Made by a program: the position numbers and the translations under genes
The notes under the pieces: generated by a model
Told to the model about the DNA's origin: nothing
Databases searched by the model: none
The model's input: only the letters and a program-made list of their open reading frames with translations
From: Clostridia bacterium
GTDB lineage: Bacteria > Bacillota > Clostridia > JAAYHZ01
Direction of reading: 5' to 3'
NCBI GenBank assembly: GCA_050950825.1
Contig: JBMNIH010000007.1
Span: 160,001 to 224,000 of the forward strand
DNA length: 64,000 nt
In this document: piece by piece, positions 51,279 to 63,476 of the stretch
How the letters are laid out: every line of letters starts with the position of its first letter
Position numbering within the stretch: position 1 is the first letter of the stretch

Positions 51279-54200
51279 ATGAAATTAAAGAAAATGTTTT
51301 ATAAGGAAATTGATAGGGATATTAAGGGCGTTATTAAGATTGGACAAGATGATGATACCAATGTTCACCAAGAGTTGGAGGAATATGTAGTTACTCGAGA
51401 ATTGGCTAGACATTTTAGCACTTTTTTTGAGGCCTACAGAGAAGCGATTAATAATTATACTGACAAAATGGGAGTCTGGATATCAGGATTCTTTGGTTCT
51501 GGTAAATCCCATTTCTTAAAGATTTTATCTTATCTTCTTGAGAATAAAGAGGTAAAGGGTAAACGTGCTATATCCTATTTTGACGATAAAATAGAGGATG
51601 CTTCCGTTTTAGCAGATATGAAAGCCTCAGGGGATGTAAGTGCCGATGTTATTTTATTTAACATAGATTCAAAAGCCGATTCAGATTCTAGAACTAATAA
51701 GGAATCAATAGTTAATGTATTCAATAAAGTGTTCAATGAAATGCAAGGTTTCTGCGGATCTTTGCCATGGCTTGCAGATCTTGAAGCACAAATGGTTAAA
51801 GAAGGTTCTTATGAAGCCTTTAAGTCAAGATTTGAGGAATTATCAGGGGAATCATGGATTGAAGCAAGAGAAGATTTTTATTTTGAAGAAGATAATATAG
51901 TTCAGGCACTGGCAGATACAACTAAAATGAGTATAGAAGCAGCCCGAAATTGGTACAACAAGGCTGAAGATAACTACTCTTTAAGTGTTGAAAAGTTCGC
52001 TAACAAAGTAAAAGAATATATTGAGTCCAAGGACAGAGAGCACCATGTCATCTTTTTGGTGGATGAGATGGGTCAATACATAGGGGATGATGTAGGTTTA
52101 ATGCTTAACCTGCAGACAGTTGTTGAAGATTTAGGAACTTATTGTGGGGGTAAAGCGTGGGTTATTGTAACCTCACAGCAAGATATAGATACTGTTACGA
52201 AGGTAAGGGGTAATGACTTTTCTAAAATCCAAGGTAGATTTAATACAAGGCTTAGTTTATCCAGTGCCAACGTGGATGAAGTAATTAAAAGGAGAATCCT
52301 TTATAAAAACGAAACCGCTAAAGAGACTTTAAAACTCTACTATGCAGACAAGGAAGCAATTATAAAAAACCTTATTACCTTTTCTGCTGATACACCGGAA
52401 ATGAAAATCTTCAAAACAGCAGAAGACTTTATAGATGTGTATCCCTTTATACCTTATCAATTTAGATTGCTGCAGTCTGTTTTTACAGCAATTAGACAGC
52501 ATGGTGCTAGTGGAAAACATCTTTCAGAAGGAGAGAGGTCTCTTTTATCTGCATTTCAAGAGGCTGCTATCAAATATATGGATAAAGAAGTGGGAGCATT
52601 AGTACCATTTTCCGCATTCTACGAAACTATAGAGACTTTCTTGGATCATAATATCAAGACAGTTTTTATTCATGCAGAAGATAACGATAGGCTCAGTAGT
52701 ATGGATGTAGAAGTACTGAAGGTCCTATTTTTAATAAAATGGGTAAAAGAAATGCCAAAGAACTTGGAAAACATTGCAACATTAATGGTTTCACATATTG
52801 ACGAAGACAAAATTGAATTAAAGAAAAAAATAGAAGCCTCTTTAGACAGGCTTGTAAAAGAGACACTGGTTCAGAAAAATGGAAATGAATATATCTTCTT
52901 AACTCATGAAGAACAGGACGTAAATAAAGAAATACAGAATATTTCAATTGATATCAGTGAAATAATACTGAAGATTGGTGAGGAAATATACACAGGAATT
53001 TACAGTGAAAAGAAGTTTCGCTATAACGTTAGATACCATTTTGATTTTAACAAAATCATAGACGATAGGTATATGTCCTCCCAAAAACACGATATAGGAG
53101 TAAAAATAATTACCCCTTATTATGATACTGGTGTTGAACTTACTGACCATGAATTAAGAATGATGTCAGCCAGAGAGAATAATCTAATAATCAAACTACC
53201 TCAAGATACTTCTTTCCTTGAAGAGATGGAGAATATATTAAAGATACAGACCTACCTTACAAGGAAAGCAGGGACTATACAAACGGAAGAAATTGAGGAA
53301 ATAAAGATACGAAAATCAAGAGAAGTTGCTGAGAGAAAGGACAGAGTTGTATCCTTACTTAAGGAAGCATTGCAAGAAGCAGACTTCTATGTAAATATGC
53401 AAAAAATTGATATAAAATCAAAAAATCCTGTTGAAAGAATAAACAGTGGGTTGAAAATACTTATTGAAAATATCTATGACAAGTTAAACTATATTACTGA
53501 TTTTATTGAAAGCACCAAAGAACTTCATGACCTGCTGTTTGATGAAAATACTCAGATAAATATATTTGGGGAAGAAGAAATCCCAAACAAACTAGCCATA
53601 GATGAGATGCTCCACTATATCGAAAGAAACACCCAACGGCATATTCCTGTAACTATGAAAACTCTATTGGAACTATATGATAAACCGCCTTATGGCTGGC
53701 TGCCAGATGATATCAGGGGGCTAGTGATTAGATTATTTAGAGCACAGGAAATTAAGATACAATTAGGTAGCGAATATATTAATCCTTCGGATAAAAACCT
53801 AATCCAATATATGACGAAAAAAGATTATATAGATAGATTGCTAATAAAGAAAAGAACTAAAACCCCTGAAAAGTATTTGAATAATGCCAGGATGTTGATT
53901 AGAGAAGTTTTCAATTATGCATCAGTGCCAGGGGATGAAGATGGATTAATGATTCGTTTCAAGGAGTTATCTAACTATGAATTATCAAATATAAGAGAAC
54001 TATTAGTCCGTTATGAAGAGAGAAACTATCCCGGCAAAGATGTGTTAGAAAGAGGCAAGAGTCTTTTCGAGGACATTTTGCAGATTAGTGATGCTACAGC
54101 CTTCTTTGAAAAACTATATGAAGTAAAAGAAGAATTAATGGACTATGAGGAAGAAGTTTTTGACGTTAAAAAATTCTTTAAAAACCAAAAAGAGCAGTTT

Positions 54201-54833
54201 GATAAAGCCCTTAAACAACTCAATATATATGAAAAGAACAAAACCTATGTTTTAGATCCGGAGACTATAAATATCGTTAAGGAAATAGAAACAATAGTTA
54301 AATCACCAAAACCATATAATCAGATTTCAAAACTGCCTAGCCTAATAAATGACTTTGTTGACAAATTTGTTATGTTGTTAGAAGAAGAGTGCAAACCTGT
54401 AAGGGCTGTGATAGAAAGTGATTGGAACAAGGTTAAGGATGAACTTGAATTATATGATTTTAAGGATGAATTGGCAGGTGCGTTTAACAATAAGTTTAGG
54501 GATCTTTTGGTCAGATTAGATTCATCCCACAATTTCTATGAAGCCATCGCCATGAAGGAAGAGTCAGATAGGCTGAAAATGAGATGTTTTGAGGAAATTA
54601 AAAAAACTGCCTTGGAAAAGAGAAAAAAAAGGGACAGTGAAAAACAACCAGTTACCACTAGGGAAGGCAATGGAGTTTATGTTACCAAAAAAACAGTCAA
54701 TATAAGCATAGCAAATATATTCCATGGAGCAAAAACCATTGAAAGTGAAGAAGATATAGAAGAATTACTTGATTATTTAAGAAAGCAATTAAAAACGGAA
54801 CTAAAGGAGAATACCATATTGAAATTAATTTAA
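51279..54833 (+). CDS. brxC: BREX P-loop ATPase BrxC
   Basis: ELEEYVVT, WISGFFGSGKSHFLK, LVDEMGQY, FSKIQGRF, YPFIPYQ. Confidence 0.94.
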   Translation: MKLKKMFYKEIDRDIKGVIKIGQDDDTNVHQELEEYVVTRELARHFSTFFEAYREAINNYTDKMGVWISGFFGSGKSHFLKILSYLLENKEVKGKRAISYFDDKIEDASVLADMKASGDVSADVILFNIDSKADSDSRTNKESIVNVFNKVFNEMQGFCGSLPWLADLEAQMVKEGSYEAFKSRFEELSGESWIEAREDFYFEEDNIVQALADTTKMSIEAARNWYNKAEDNYSLSVEKFANKVKEYIESKDREHHVIFLVDEMGQYIGDDVGLMLNLQTVVEDLGTYCGGKAWVIVTSQQDIDTVTKVRGNDFSKIQGRFNTRLSLSSANVDEVIKRRILYKNETAKETLKLYYADKEAIIKNLITFSADTPEMKIFKTAEDFIDVYPFIPYQFRLLQSVFTAIRQHGASGKHLSEGERSLLSAFQEAAIKYMDKEVGALVPFSAFYETIETFLDHNIKTVFIHAEDNDRLSSMDVEVLKVLFLIKWVKEMPKNLENIATLMVSHIDEDKIELKKKIEASLDRLVKETLVQKNGNEYIFLTHEEQDVNKEIQNISIDISEIILKIGEEIYTGIYSEKKFRYNVRYHFDFNKIIDDRYMSSQKHDIGVKIITPYYDTGVELTDHELRMMSARENNLIIKLPQDTSFLEEMENILKIQTYLTRKAGTIQTEEIEEIKIRKSREVAERKDRVVSLLKEALQEADFYVNMQKIDIKSKNPVERINSGLKILIENIYDKLNYITDFIESTKELHDLLFDENTQINIFGEEEIPNKLAIDEMLHYIERNTQRHIPVTMKTLLELYDKPPYGWLPDDIRGLVIRLFRAQEIKIQLGSEYINPSDKNLIQYMTKKDYIDRLLIKKRTKTPEKYLNNARMLIREVFNYASVPGDEDGLMIRFKELSNYELSNIRELLVRYEERNYPGKDVLERGKSLFEDILQISDATAFFEKLYEVKEELMDYEEEVFDVKKFFKNQKEQFDKALKQLNIYEKNKTYVLDPETINIVKEIETIVKSPKPYNQISKLPSLINDFVDKFVMLLEEECKPVRAVIESDWNKVKDELELYDFKDELAGAFNNKFRDLLVRLDSSHNFYEAIAMKEESDRLKMRCFEEIKKTALEKRKKRDSEKQPVTTREGNGVYVTKKTVNISIANIFHGAKTIESEEDIEELLDYLRKQLKTELKENTILKLI

Positions 54834-54850
54834 GTTGAGGAGGGGATATA

Positions 54851-57800
54851 GTGGATAAAACAGCCATTAGAAACTTTGCGGTAAAAGCAAGGCGTAAACT
54901 AATAGAAGATATAACCCATAAGGCCTATGAGATAGGGATAACAAAAGATAAAATCTTAGATATTGAAACCTTTGAGGGTGGTTTTAGAGTAAAGGGTAGA
55001 GAAAACGGCAAAACCTTTAAGAAATATGAATTAAAGCAGCGTAATAAGTTGATTCAAAATATTAAACATAAAGGCTTTGAGCAAGTTATAGAAGAGGTTG
55101 CCTATACATGGTTTAACCGTTTTATTGCTCTGCGTTTTATGGAAGTTAACAACTATCTTCCTACTGGGGTTAGGGTATTATCCTCAATAGAAGAAGGTAA
55201 GACTGAGCCTGATATTATCCAAGAGGCTCTAAACATAGACTTAGATCTTGATCCTGAAATAGTGTATAGACTTCAAGACAGTAACGATACAGAGGATTTA
55301 TATAGATATTTGTTAGTTAAGCAATGCAATCAATTAGGAAAAATTATGCCTAATGTTTTTGAGGAAATCGCTGATTATACAGAATTACTCCTTCCTGACA
55401 AACTTCTTGCTGAAGGTTCTGTAATTAGAGATTTAGTGGAAGAAATAGAGGAATATGATTGGAAAATAGAACTGAATGAGGAAGAACAGAAGCGGGAACC
55501 AGAAAAGGGAGAACACGGTATAGAAATTATTGGTTGGCTATATCAGTATTATATTTCTGAAAAGAAAGACGAAGTTTTTGCTGGCCTTAAAAAGAATAAG
55601 AAGATTACCAAGGAAAATATTCCTGCTGCCACCCAACTCTTTACACCTAAATGGATAGTAAAGTATATGGTAGAGAATTCATTAGGCAGGCTATGGCTGG
55701 AATCTCATCCAAATGATCAATTAAAGGCTCAATGGAAATATTATTTGAAAGAAGCCGAACAAGAACCGGAAGTTCAAAAACAATTAGATGCACTCAAAGA
55801 CCCCAACTTAAATCCAGAAGATATTAAGGTATTGGATCCTGCCATGGGTAGTGGCCATATTTTAGTTTATGCTTTTGATGTTCTATATGAAATATACCTA
55901 TCTACAGGTTATTCAGAAAGGGAAATACCCACTCTTATATTGGAAAAAAACCTTTATGGTCTTGATATAGACGATCGTGCAGGCCAATTAGCCACTTTTG
56001 CCATTTTAATGAAGGCAAGAAGTAAAAATAGAAGGATTTTTAGACACAAATCAAGGATGAACTTGTGCTCCATTCAGGAAAGTAACCATATTCCTAAAGA
56101 GGCTATCGAATATTTGGTTAATCCAAAAGAGACTGAACTAGAAAAACATATTCACAGGGAGGACGTTGAATACCTAATAGAAGTTTTTCATGATGCAAAA
56201 GAATATGGCTCAATTTTAGATGTGAAAAAAATAGATTTTGACGCTTTAGAAAAAAGGATTGAAGAGATAAGGAATAATGTTCCAGAAGACCTATTTGAAC
56301 TGCAATATAGAGAGATAATATTAGAAAAAATTCCACCATTGATTCAACAGGCAAAGATAATGAGTCAAAAATATGATGTTGTGTGTACAAATCCGCCGTA
56401 TATGGGGAATAGGGGGATGAATTCTAAACTATCAAAATACATAGGTCAACATTTTCCAAACACAAAAACTGATTTTTTCGCAGTATTTATAGAAGTATGT
56501 GGTGCTTATACACGAGCCAGGGGATTGTTTTCATTGATTACACAGCCTACATGGTTGTTTTTAAGTGCTTTTGAAAAATTAAGAAAAAGTATAATTGAAA
56601 ACAAGTCTATTTGTAGTCTTCTACACATAGGGAGAGGTATTTTTGGAATAGATTGGGGATCAGTTGCCTTTACATTAAGAAACATACTGGTAAATAATTA
56701 TTATGGTCAATATTTTAGGCTACATACGAGGCTATTCCAGTATATAGATCCAAATGATATAAAAGACTTGTTTTTAAAAGCCAAGAATGACCATAGTTTT
56801 AAATTCAATTTTGATAACTATGGAAACAATTCTGAATTATTTAATGATGGCAAATTAAGAATGATAGGTGACTGCAATGGTCAAAAAATACACTACATTT
56901 ATAATCAAGAAAACTTTAAGTTAATTCCAGGATACCCTATTGCGTATTGGGCAAATTCTAACCTACTTGATGCATTTAGATCTAAAAAAATTATATCTAA
57001 AATTGCCATACCAAGAACAGGTATTATGACTGGAGATAATGCTAGATTTTTACGATTATGGTGGGAGCCTTACTATGGTAAATTAAACTTGGATGCAAAA
57101 GACTATGAAAGTGCGATAAAATCAAAATTAAAATGGTATCCATATAACAAGGGGGGAGATTTTAGGAGATGGTATGGAAATAATGAATATGTAGTTAATT
57201 GGGAAAATGGAGGATATGAAATATTTGGGTGTGCAAAATTAGATAGCCGAAACTCACAGGACTATCCAAACGAACTTAAATTTAAAAGGGCAATTTCATG
57301 GGCACTAGTATCATCTAAGAAACCATCTTTTAGAATAATCAATAACAGTTTATCAGATATTGGTGGGCCTTCCTTGTTTGTAAGTAGTAATAATTTATAT
57401 TATATTTTGGCATTTTGTAATTCATTAATAGCCATAGAAATATTAAATATATTAAATCCAACAGTAAACTTTCAAGCAGGGAATATAGGAAATTTACCAA
57501 TAATTTTAAATAAGGACAATTTTCATGTTGTTACTTCAAATGCTATGCAGAATATAAGAATTTCACAACAAGACTGGGATTCTTTTGAAACCTCATGGGA
57601 TTTCAAAGTACACCCATTAGCAAACTTTAATAAGTACATGGATAATTATTATGATACCTTATTAGAATCAGGTATATTGGCTGATAAGGAGCCTATATAT
57701 GTAGCCAATTTGGAACATGCCTATGAACAATATAAAGAATTTACTGAGGTTCAATTCAACCAACTTAAATCCAACGAAGAAGAACTAAACCGTATTTTCA

Positions 57801-58740
57801 TTGAAATCTATGGTCTCCAGGACGAACTAACTCCTGATGTAGATGACAAAGACGTAACTATTACAAGGATATATGATTCTAAAGAAGATATCCCAGAGTG
57901 TATGAAGGGAAATAAATATGTACTTACAAGGGAAGATGTAATAAAATCCTTTATCTCTTATGCTGTTGGCTGTATGTTTGGACGCTACTCTTTAGATGAA
58001 GAAGGTCTAATCTATGCTGGTGGAGATTTTGATGACAAGTTTAGGTTGCGTGATGGACAATGGGAGATTAAGACTAAAGAAGGTTGGAAAAAGTCGATCG
58101 ATAAACATAGTAGAACATAATGTTATTCCTATTGCTGATGGAGATTATTTTGAAGATGGTATACTGGAGCGTTTTGTAGACTTTGTAAAGGTATCTTTTG
58201 GTGAAGAAACATTGGAGGAGAATCTAGATTACATTGCTGAAACTTTAGGTAGGAAGGCCAATGAAACTTCAAGACAGGCTATTAGAAGATACTTCTTAAA
58301 AGATTTCTATAAAGACCATGTAAGAACATATAAAAGTCGTCCTATTTACTGGCTCTTTGATAGTGGAAGACAGGACGGGTTTAAAGCCCTTATTTACATG
58401 CACCGTTACGAGCCTTCTACTGTTGCAAGGGTGAGGACCGATTATTTGCATAGTTTGCAGAAAAAGTATGAAGCAGAAATAAACCATCTTGATATTTTAA
58501 TAGATTCGGATATCTCTCAAAGGGAAAAGGCTGCTGCAAGGAAAAAGAAAGAGACAATTTTAAAGCAGATTGAGGAATGCAGGATTATATGATGAGGCTA
58601 TAGCCCATGTGGCCAATCAAAGAATTGAGATTGATTTAGATGATGGCGTAAAAGTTAATTATGCTAAATTCCAAGGGGTTGAGATTCCTCAAGGTAAAGG
58701 CAGAAAGCCACTAAAAGCAGATTTATTAGCAAAGATATAA
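54851..58740 (+). CDS. pglX: BREX adenine methyltransferase PglX (BrxX), split by two apparent frameshifts near 58097 and 58587
   Basis: [31 protein letters not shown]; continues [11 protein letters not shown]...RPIYW, then [28 protein letters not shown] to TAA at 58740. Confidence 0.9.
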
Positions 58741-58753
58741 AGTAGGTGAACAT

Positions 58754-61309
58754 ATGAATTTTTTAGAAGTTAAAAAGAGGTTAGAGGAAATCTTTAATAA
58801 AGAACCTATGGATGGGAAAAAGAGACATATAGTTTTTTGGTATGATGATGAGGGAGAATTCATTGAAGACATTAACGAACTTAAACTAGATAATGCCAAG
58901 ATTCTCAAACTTGCTGATAATAATTCTTTCTATATAAAGTATCTTCTTGAAAAAGAAGATATTGAATCTAATTATCTTTTATATTCTCCTTCATCTAAAC
59001 CAATACCACGGGATAATTGGGTGTTGGATATTCTGAAATATAGTGAGGAGTTTTCAACTGACAAGGCAACTTTAATTATGAGGGACTTCAAGGTGGAAGA
59101 TCCCTCATTAAGAAATGTGTTTAAGGGATATTTAAAGTTCTTTGGAAATAAAGAGAGATATAAAAAATTTGCCTCATACAATATAGATAAATTTACTAAA
59201 GAAAAGGTAGATATAGCAGTTCTATCTGCTCTACGCAGATTACCCGTAGCAGATTTTGAACAAGTTGTAAAAAAGATTCTGATTGAAGAATTAGAAGGAG
59301 AGAACAAATATCTAGAGGCTATTGAGAACGTTGGTAATATAGATGCCTTTTGGGATTTAGTTGAGAAAAGATATGGTTATAATTTCGAGGAGAGATCATT
59401 AGAAAAATTAACGATTATGCTTCTTGTTACTCATTTATCCTATACTCTCGAAGAGGATATGCCAACTACATGGGTAGAGTATGTATCTCCTAAAAGATCA
59501 GATTCTGTAGTGTTTATAAGTAATTTTATGAATCATGCTACCGACGGTAAATACTATGATTTATTGGCGGATAAAGTCCAAGAGACATTAAATGTAAGAG
59601 TGTATTTAAATAAATGGGATATAGATAAGTATATTGAATGTGATACATTTAGGGCTTTTGATGAAGCAATAATGGAAAGGATAATTGGCAACTTAGTAGA
59701 AGGTGTCGGAGAATTTGAAAGATACCGTAAACTGATTAATAGAAGAAGGACAAGTCATTGGTTTAAAACCTATAGAAACGAATATGAAGCCCTATATTTT
59801 GCTAATGAACTCCTTGAAATGGAAAAGAGAATGGGTGGAGTTATTAGAGGTGGATCTGCCTATGATTTGATCAATGCTTATGTTAAAGAATATTATCTGT
59901 TTGATTATTTCTATCGGAAGTTTTATTACTATTACGATAAAATTACTGACAAAGATCCATTTGAAAAACTAGCAGAGAGAATTGAAAACACCTATACTCA
60001 CTGGTATCTAAACGAACTTTCAATAAAATGGTCTGCAGCGGTTCAGGAGGAATTACTAGAAGACTACTCTTTGGCAGGTATTAGGCAGCAAAAAGATTTT
60101 TATAAAGACTTTGTTTTGCCATTTATAAGGAATAATGAAAGATTATTTGTAATTATTTCTGATGCTTTAAGATATGAAGCAGCAAGAGAACTCCTTAATC
60201 TAATTAATAAAGAGGTGAGGGGTATGGCAGAGATTGGCTTTATGCAAGGAGTCATCCCTTCAAATACAAAATATGGTATGGCAAGTTTGCTTCCAAGAAA
60301 GGAATTGGTAGTCAATGATAAATCAGATATTATTATTGACGGTATAAGCACCCAGGGGACAGTAAATAGGGGGAAAATAATCGCCAATTATAGTGATAAT
60401 GCTCAGGCAATATCATTTAGTGACATGGTAGATATGCGTAGGGCAGATTACAAGAAAGCCTTTGAAGGGAAAAAACTAATTTATATATACCATGACACAA
60501 TAGATGCCGTTGGGGAAGTGCCTCAGACGGAAAGAGAGGTTTTTGATGCCGTAGAAAAGGGTTTTGAAGATTTAGTATCGCTAATCAAAAACCTAATAAA
60601 CCATGTAAGTGCTACAAACATAATAATTACTGCAGATCATGGTTTCATATACAGACGTTCTCAATTAACAGAAGTAGACAAGATTAGCAGATTTAATGCT
60701 GAAACCATAGATGCCGGCAGGAGATATATGCTTGCAGAAATTGATGAAGATATTCCAGATACATTACCTATTTCTATGAAATATCTTTTGGGACAGGAGA
60801 CAAAATTAAAAGCCATTGTTCCAAAAGGCATGATTAGATACAAGGTTCAAGGGGCAGGAGCAAATTATGTCCATGGAGGAGCATCTTTGCAGGAGATAAT
60901 TGTTCCTGTAATAAGATTTAAGAATATCCGTAAAGATGAGTATAAAGCCACTAAGGTCGAAGTGAAGTTAACCAATATTTCAAGGAAGATTACAAATAGA
61001 ATCACCTATTTGGAGTTTTTCCAAACAGAAGTGGTAGACGAAAAGAAAGTGCCATTAAAACTAAAACTTTATTTTGTAGATAAAGAAGGTAACCGTATCT
61101 CTAATGAAAACATTATAATTGCTGATAGTAGGTCGAAAAATCCTGAGGATCGAACCTTTAGGGAGAAGTTTACATTAAGAGATATGGCTTATGACAAGAA
61201 CAAGGAATATTATTTAATTTTAGAAGATGAAGATGAAACCGTAGAAAAAATATATGAGCGAATACCTTTTAAGATAGATTTGCTATTTACAGATGACTTT
61301 GGTTTATAG
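58754..61309 (+). CDS. pglZ: BREX PglZ (alkaline-phosphatase superfamily)
   Basis: IVFWYD, VIISDALRYE, GMASLLP, ITADHGF, YVHGGASLQE. Confidence 0.94.
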   Translation: MNFLEVKKRLEEIFNKEPMDGKKRHIVFWYDDEGEFIEDINELKLDNAKILKLADNNSFYIKYLLEKEDIESNYLLYSPSSKPIPRDNWVLDILKYSEEFSTDKATLIMRDFKVEDPSLRNVFKGYLKFFGNKERYKKFASYNIDKFTKEKVDIAVLSALRRLPVADFEQVVKKILIEELEGENKYLEAIENVGNIDAFWDLVEKRYGYNFEERSLEKLTIMLLVTHLSYTLEEDMPTTWVEYVSPKRSDSVVFISNFMNHATDGKYYDLLADKVQETLNVRVYLNKWDIDKYIECDTFRAFDEAIMERIIGNLVEGVGEFERYRKLINRRRTSHWFKTYRNEYEALYFANELLEMEKRMGGVIRGGSAYDLINAYVKEYYLFDYFYRKFYYYYDKITDKDPFEKLAERIENTYTHWYLNELSIKWSAAVQEELLEDYSLAGIRQQKDFYKDFVLPFIRNNERLFVIISDALRYEAARELLNLINKEVRGMAEIGFMQGVIPSNTKYGMASLLPRKELVVNDKSDIIIDGISTQGTVNRGKIIANYSDNAQAISFSDMVDMRRADYKKAFEGKKLIYIYHDTIDAVGEVPQTEREVFDAVEKGFEDLVSLIKNLINHVSATNIIITADHGFIYRRSQLTEVDKISRFNAETIDAGRRYMLAEIDEDIPDTLPISMKYLLGQETKLKAIVPKGMIRYKVQGAGANYVHGGASLQEIIVPVIRFKNIRKDEYKATKVEVKLTNISRKITNRITYLEFFQTEVVDEKKVPLKLKLYFVDKEGNRISNENIIIADSRSKNPEDRTFREKFTLRDMAYDKNKEYYLILEDEDETVEKIYERIPFKIDLLFTDDFGL

Positions 61310-61333
61310 AATTACAAAGGTGGTGAAAAGGCA

Positions 61334-63376
61334 GTGGACAGGGAGAATAGAGATTTAAATGAAAAATTGAACAAATATTTTCCAGGCAGAGTTGTCCGTA
61401 AGGATTTGACTCAAAAAATAAAGGAAGGGGCCAATGTACCAGTATATGTCCTTGAATATTTACTTGGTATGTACTGTGCTACTGATGATGAAGATTCCAT
61501 AAATGAAGGAGTAAATAGAGTAAAAGCAATACTTGCAGAAAATTATGTAAGGCCCGATGAAGCGGAAAAGATTAAATCTAAAATTCGAGAATTAGGCCAG
61601 TATACAGTTATTGATAAACTGACAGTAAGGCTAAATGAAAAAAGAGACATTTATGAGGCGGAGTTTTCTAATTTAGGGTTAAAAGGTGTAGAAGTAGAAG
61701 CAGATTATGTTAAAAAATTTGAGAAACTTCTTGCTGGAGGTATATGGTGTATTCTTAAAATACAATACTATTATGATGAAGAGTTAAGAAATGCTAACCC
61801 TTTTATCATAAATAGTTTGAAGCCCATCCAAATTCCAAACTTGGATATGGATGAGATATTGAATGGAAGAAAACATTTCACCAAAGATGAATGGATTGAT
61901 ATCCTTTTAAGATCCGTGGGCATGGAACCTACACAATTGGAGGAAAAAGTTAAGTGGCACCTTCTTGCTCGCATGATTCCTCTTGTTGAGAATAATTATA
62001 ATCTTTGTGAGTTAGGGCCAAGAGGGACAGGTAAATCACATATATATAAGGAAATATCACCTAACTCTATTCTAATATCCGGTGGGCAAACTACTGTAGC
62101 CAATTTATTTTACAATATGAATACCAGAAAAATCGGATTAGTTGGCTTATGGGATGTAGTAGCATTTGATGAAGTGGCTGGAATTACCTTTAAAGATAAA
62201 GACGGCATTCAGATTATGAAGGATTATATGGCTTCAGGCTCATTTGCCAGAGGAAAAGAATTAAAAAATGCTTCTGCTTCTATGGTTTTTGTTGGTAATA
62301 TCAATCAATCAGTGGACGTTCTTTTAAAAACATCCCATTTATTTGAACCATTCCCAGAAGCAATGGCTTATGACACGGCTTTTTTTGACAGGATGCACTG
62401 TTATATTCCCGGCTGGGAGATACCTAAATACAGACCGGATTTTTTCACTCACGAATATGGCTTTATTACTGATTATATTGCAGAATTTTTCAGGGAAATG
62501 AGAAAAACATCCTATGGCGACAGCATAGATAAATACTTTAGACTTGGAAATAACCTTAATCAAAGAGATGTTATAGCGGTAAGAAAGACTGTATCGGGAT
62601 TGGTCAAACTAATTTATCCTCATGGAGAATTTAACAAAGAAGATATAGAAGAAATCCTAAGGTATGCCTTAGTTGGAAGAAGACGAGTAAAAGAACAATT
62701 AAAGAAAATTGGTGGTATGGAATTTTATGATGTTCATTTTTCTTACATAGATAATGAAACATTTGAGGAAGAATTTGTATCGGTTCCAGAACAGGGTGGC
62801 GACAAACTGATACCTGAAGGAATGGGAAAACCAGGACATATATACACAGTTGCCCATGGTGATTCAGGGATGATTGGAGTATATAAAATAGAAACCGAGG
62901 TTGTCTCTGGAACAGGAAAATTTGAAAGAACAGGATTGGGGACTAGCAGGGAAGCAAAAGAGAATTTGAATACAGCCTTCAACTATTTTAAAGCAAACAA
63001 AAAGAATATCAGTGGAACAATTTCCTTAAACAATAATGATTTTTTAATGCATGTTCAAGATTTACAGGGAATTGGTATGACTTCTCAATTGACATTAGCA
63101 GCCTTTATTGCCCTTTGTTCTGGAGCATTAAAAAAACCTGTATTAAGTCAATTGGTGGTATTAGGGTCAATGAGCATAGGGGGAACCATTAATAAGGTGG
63201 AGGAACTGGCATCCACACTTCAAGTTTGTTTTGATGCAGGAGCGAAAAAAGTACTCCTACCTATGGCTTCTGCCGCAGACATTAACACAGTTCCGCCAGA
63301 ATTATTCTCTAAATTTCAGATATCCTTTTATCAAAGCCCTGAAGATGCGGTATTTAAAGCATTAGGAGTTGAGTAA
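61334..63376 (+). CDS. brxL: BREX Lon-like AAA+ protein BrxL
   Basis: VVRKDL, ANVPVYVLEYLLG, ELGPRGTGKS, VAFDEV, KDYMASGSFARG; Lon-like C-terminus. Confidence 0.95.
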   Translation: MDRENRDLNEKLNKYFPGRVVRKDLTQKIKEGANVPVYVLEYLLGMYCATDDEDSINEGVNRVKAILAENYVRPDEAEKIKSKIRELGQYTVIDKLTVRLNEKRDIYEAEFSNLGLKGVEVEADYVKKFEKLLAGGIWCILKIQYYYDEELRNANPFIINSLKPIQIPNLDMDEILNGRKHFTKDEWIDILLRSVGMEPTQLEEKVKWHLLARMIPLVENNYNLCELGPRGTGKSHIYKEISPNSILISGGQTTVANLFYNMNTRKIGLVGLWDVVAFDEVAGITFKDKDGIQIMKDYMASGSFARGKELKNASASMVFVGNINQSVDVLLKTSHLFEPFPEAMAYDTAFFDRMHCYIPGWEIPKYRPDFFTHEYGFITDYIAEFFREMRKTSYGDSIDKYFRLGNNLNQRDVIAVRKTVSGLVKLIYPHGEFNKEDIEEILRYALVGRRRVKEQLKKIGGMEFYDVHFSYIDNETFEEEFVSVPEQGGDKLIPEGMGKPGHIYTVAHGDSGMIGVYKIETEVVSGTGKFERTGLGTSREAKENLNTAFNYFKANKKNISGTISLNNNDFLMHVQDLQGIGMTSQLTLAAFIALCSGALKKPVLSQLVVLGSMSIGGTINKVEELASTLQVCFDAGAKKVLLPMASAADINTVPPELFSKFQISFYQSPEDAVFKALGVE

Positions 63377-63416
63377 CATAGATATAAATGGAGTTAAATA
63401 TAGTTTATGCAATATT

Positions 63417-63457
63417 AAAGTCAAAGGCAAAATTTGCCCTTGGCTTTTTATTTTTTG
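63417..63457 (+). terminator. Terminator of BREX operon
   Basis: AAGTCAAAGGCAA...TTGCCCTTGGCTT followed by T runs. Confidence 0.7.
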
Positions 63458-63476
63458 TGTTTACGCTGAGTTAAAA

